A stretch of 64,000 bases of DNA from Epiperipatus broadwayi (lineage: Eukaryota > Animalia > Onychophora). The stretch's first letter is position 1. Every line of letters begins with the position of its first letter. The stretch covers positions 18,724,001 through 18,788,000 of the forward strand of contig JAQFVV010000003.1 in assembly GCA_028023455.1 (NCBI GenBank), in the 5' to 3' direction. A program made the translations under genes and the position numbers. Below, one piece after another: positions 62,103 through 64,000 of this stretch. Under the pieces are notes generated by a model, which saw only the letters and a program-made list of their open reading frames with translations, did no database searches and was not told the origin of the DNA.

Positions 62103-63237
62103 TTCAACCGATGATGTATTACCCTGAAGCCATATCAGTCTGATCTTCCGATCTTTAAGATAACATCTCGAAGTGATTTGCGGACAAATGCAATCGCTAA
62201 AATTTGTCCGCAGATCATGTGGACCTGGCATGTTAAAGATCGCAAGATCAGACTGATATGGCTTCAAGGTAATACATCATCGTTTGCATGTTTGTTGGTC
62301 CTGAAAAAATAAAAATATAAAAAAAATGTACATGCATGCGTCAAAATAATTTAGAAATTGAAAGTAATTAAGTGTAAATTTTATAATTGCAGAAATATGT
62401 ACAAATTTTTTTTTGTAAATTTAAAATAAATAGACAAATAAAGAACACTTTTCCTGATTTAATGTGAATCTGGCATTATTAATGGCGACCTGGACAATAA
62501 CTTAAAATATACTCTATTTTACGAATTTTTATAACAAAAAAAAATCAAAAAAATGTACTTGCATGAAAAATTATCTTATCTTTACAACATTTCTGATGGG
62601 ATTTAATTCAATTATTCATGTTAAAAATATATAAACAAACAATTTGAAAATGTGTCTCATTTTTTGACTGAAAATTAGAAAAGTCAGCGTGCAGTGCTAG
62701 AATGGGGGGGGGGGCTCCAATGTCTGTGACAGGCCAAAGGCATGGCCAATCCATGGTCTAGTCTAAAAAAACCTATATTATGATTTACAAAACCACTGAC
62801 AACGCCAGACATTGTATTACTCTCATAGCATGTAATTTTTATAATTGTGGATGAATTTACAAAAAAAATATTTCTGTATAATATAATTCAGAAATTAAAA
62901 ATAAAATTAATTAATTGTACTTTTTATAATTGCAAAAGAATTTACAAAATAATATACATCAAAATGACATTATTTATTAGAAACAAAAATGAAAATTACT
63001 TACAAATAGCGTTCACTGTGGTGGACTGGTACCAAAATCACAAAAGACAGACAAATGACAAAATTTCCCAAAGCTCTCTTCGATTTTTAAATCTTGCAGG
63101 TCAAAAAAAATCCCAAAATTGACTCTCCCACGGATTAATCATGTCAGTGTCTTGGTTGCCATGACAGCATTTTCATGTTATCATCGACAATGTCTACCAG
63201 AAGGAAAATTGGTAAATGTAAAACATCATCGTTTGAA
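62103..63237. mobile_element. Candidate TIR element containing a 182-bp nested hairpin at its left end
   Basis: ttcaaccgatgatgt (62103) versus acatcatcgtttgaa (63223-63237) match at 14/15. The internal hairpin 62105-62286 has ~50-bp outer arms and ~15-bp inner arms. Confidence 0.55.
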
Positions 63238-64000
63238 TAATACTAAAGTACCATATATTTATATTAATATACTAAATTTTTAAATTTTAAAAAATAATCT
63301 ATAAGAAGAGAGTGCTTAAAAATATTTATCTATAACAGAGATATTTATGTGGATATGGACTGTACATTCAGTTAAAAGTCAATATATTATTATAAACTCC
63401 AATCACAAAGAGCATTGTATTAACTTTTTTTTATTCATGCATTCTATTAATTATGTATATATTCACACACTTATTGTTCAATATTTCTCTCCTTCAAAGA
63501 AAGACTTCAGAAAAAGACAAATGATTCTTTTCTGATATCTTTATTCAATTGTTTGAAGAAGAGATATGGAATAATCAATTTACCGATATATATTATAACA
63601 ATCATGAATAAGAGACTTAACATATCTGCACTACAAGGGCGCCATTTAGGCATTTGAACCTAGAAAAATTCATAAAGTAGGCAGATATGTGCTGTTAAGA
63701 TCCCACTATATTTATTTCAGACTGTTAGCCCAAGTCACTAGCTCAGTGGAGTAGCAGAGATTTAAAACATTTTTTTTTATAAGTTTTAATAAAGATTTAT
63801 ATTCTCAAAATATATTAATATCTAAAAAAAGAATAAAATAAGCCACTGCCAGTATTGAACACCCAAACAATATTTATTTACGCACATACATAATCATTTT
63901 AAATTTGAGGAATAACATTTATTATTTAGATTTTAATATTAATTTTTAATTTAAATTATTATTTTAAGATTTTAAATCATCCACACAGATGAATTTTAGA

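Noticed and set aside
504-63535. Most short ORFs in the supplied track
   Set aside because: Low-complexity AT-rich translations, antisense shadows of the RTE or gag frames, or repeat by-products with no motifs.
63735-63760. A-box-like TAGCTCAGTGG
   Set aside because: No B-box or cloverleaf follows.

Overview
Very AT-rich eukaryotic DNA, probably from an invertebrate animal, with no complete host gene visible. Most of it is nested transposable-element remains. Recognisable elements are: a gag-only Ty3/gypsy LTR element with both LTRs, PBS, PPT and TSD (1720-6969); two more LTR-like units sitting in (AT)n runs; a nearly intact 5'-truncated RTE LINE with TSD (36274-39050) plus older RTE copies; an L1/Tx1 3' end; a Charlie-type hAT remnant; several TIR/foldback elements; tandem repeats; and a tRNA-Gly pseudogene. 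The most interesting signal is two unrelated families of short non-coding repeats that each carry a minimal type I hammerhead ribozyme fold (CUGANGA / stem II / GAAA / tiny stem III / NUH), with compensatory base changes between copies. Family A occurs at 19071-19603, 36017-36256 and 61249-61460. Family B occurs as a ~480-bp tandem at 50778-51539 and a dispersed copy at 56159-56310. Their tandem and head-to-head inverted arrangements resemble retrozymes or Penelope pseudo-LTRs. All calls were made by eye, with no database search or folding program, so activity and novelty are untested.
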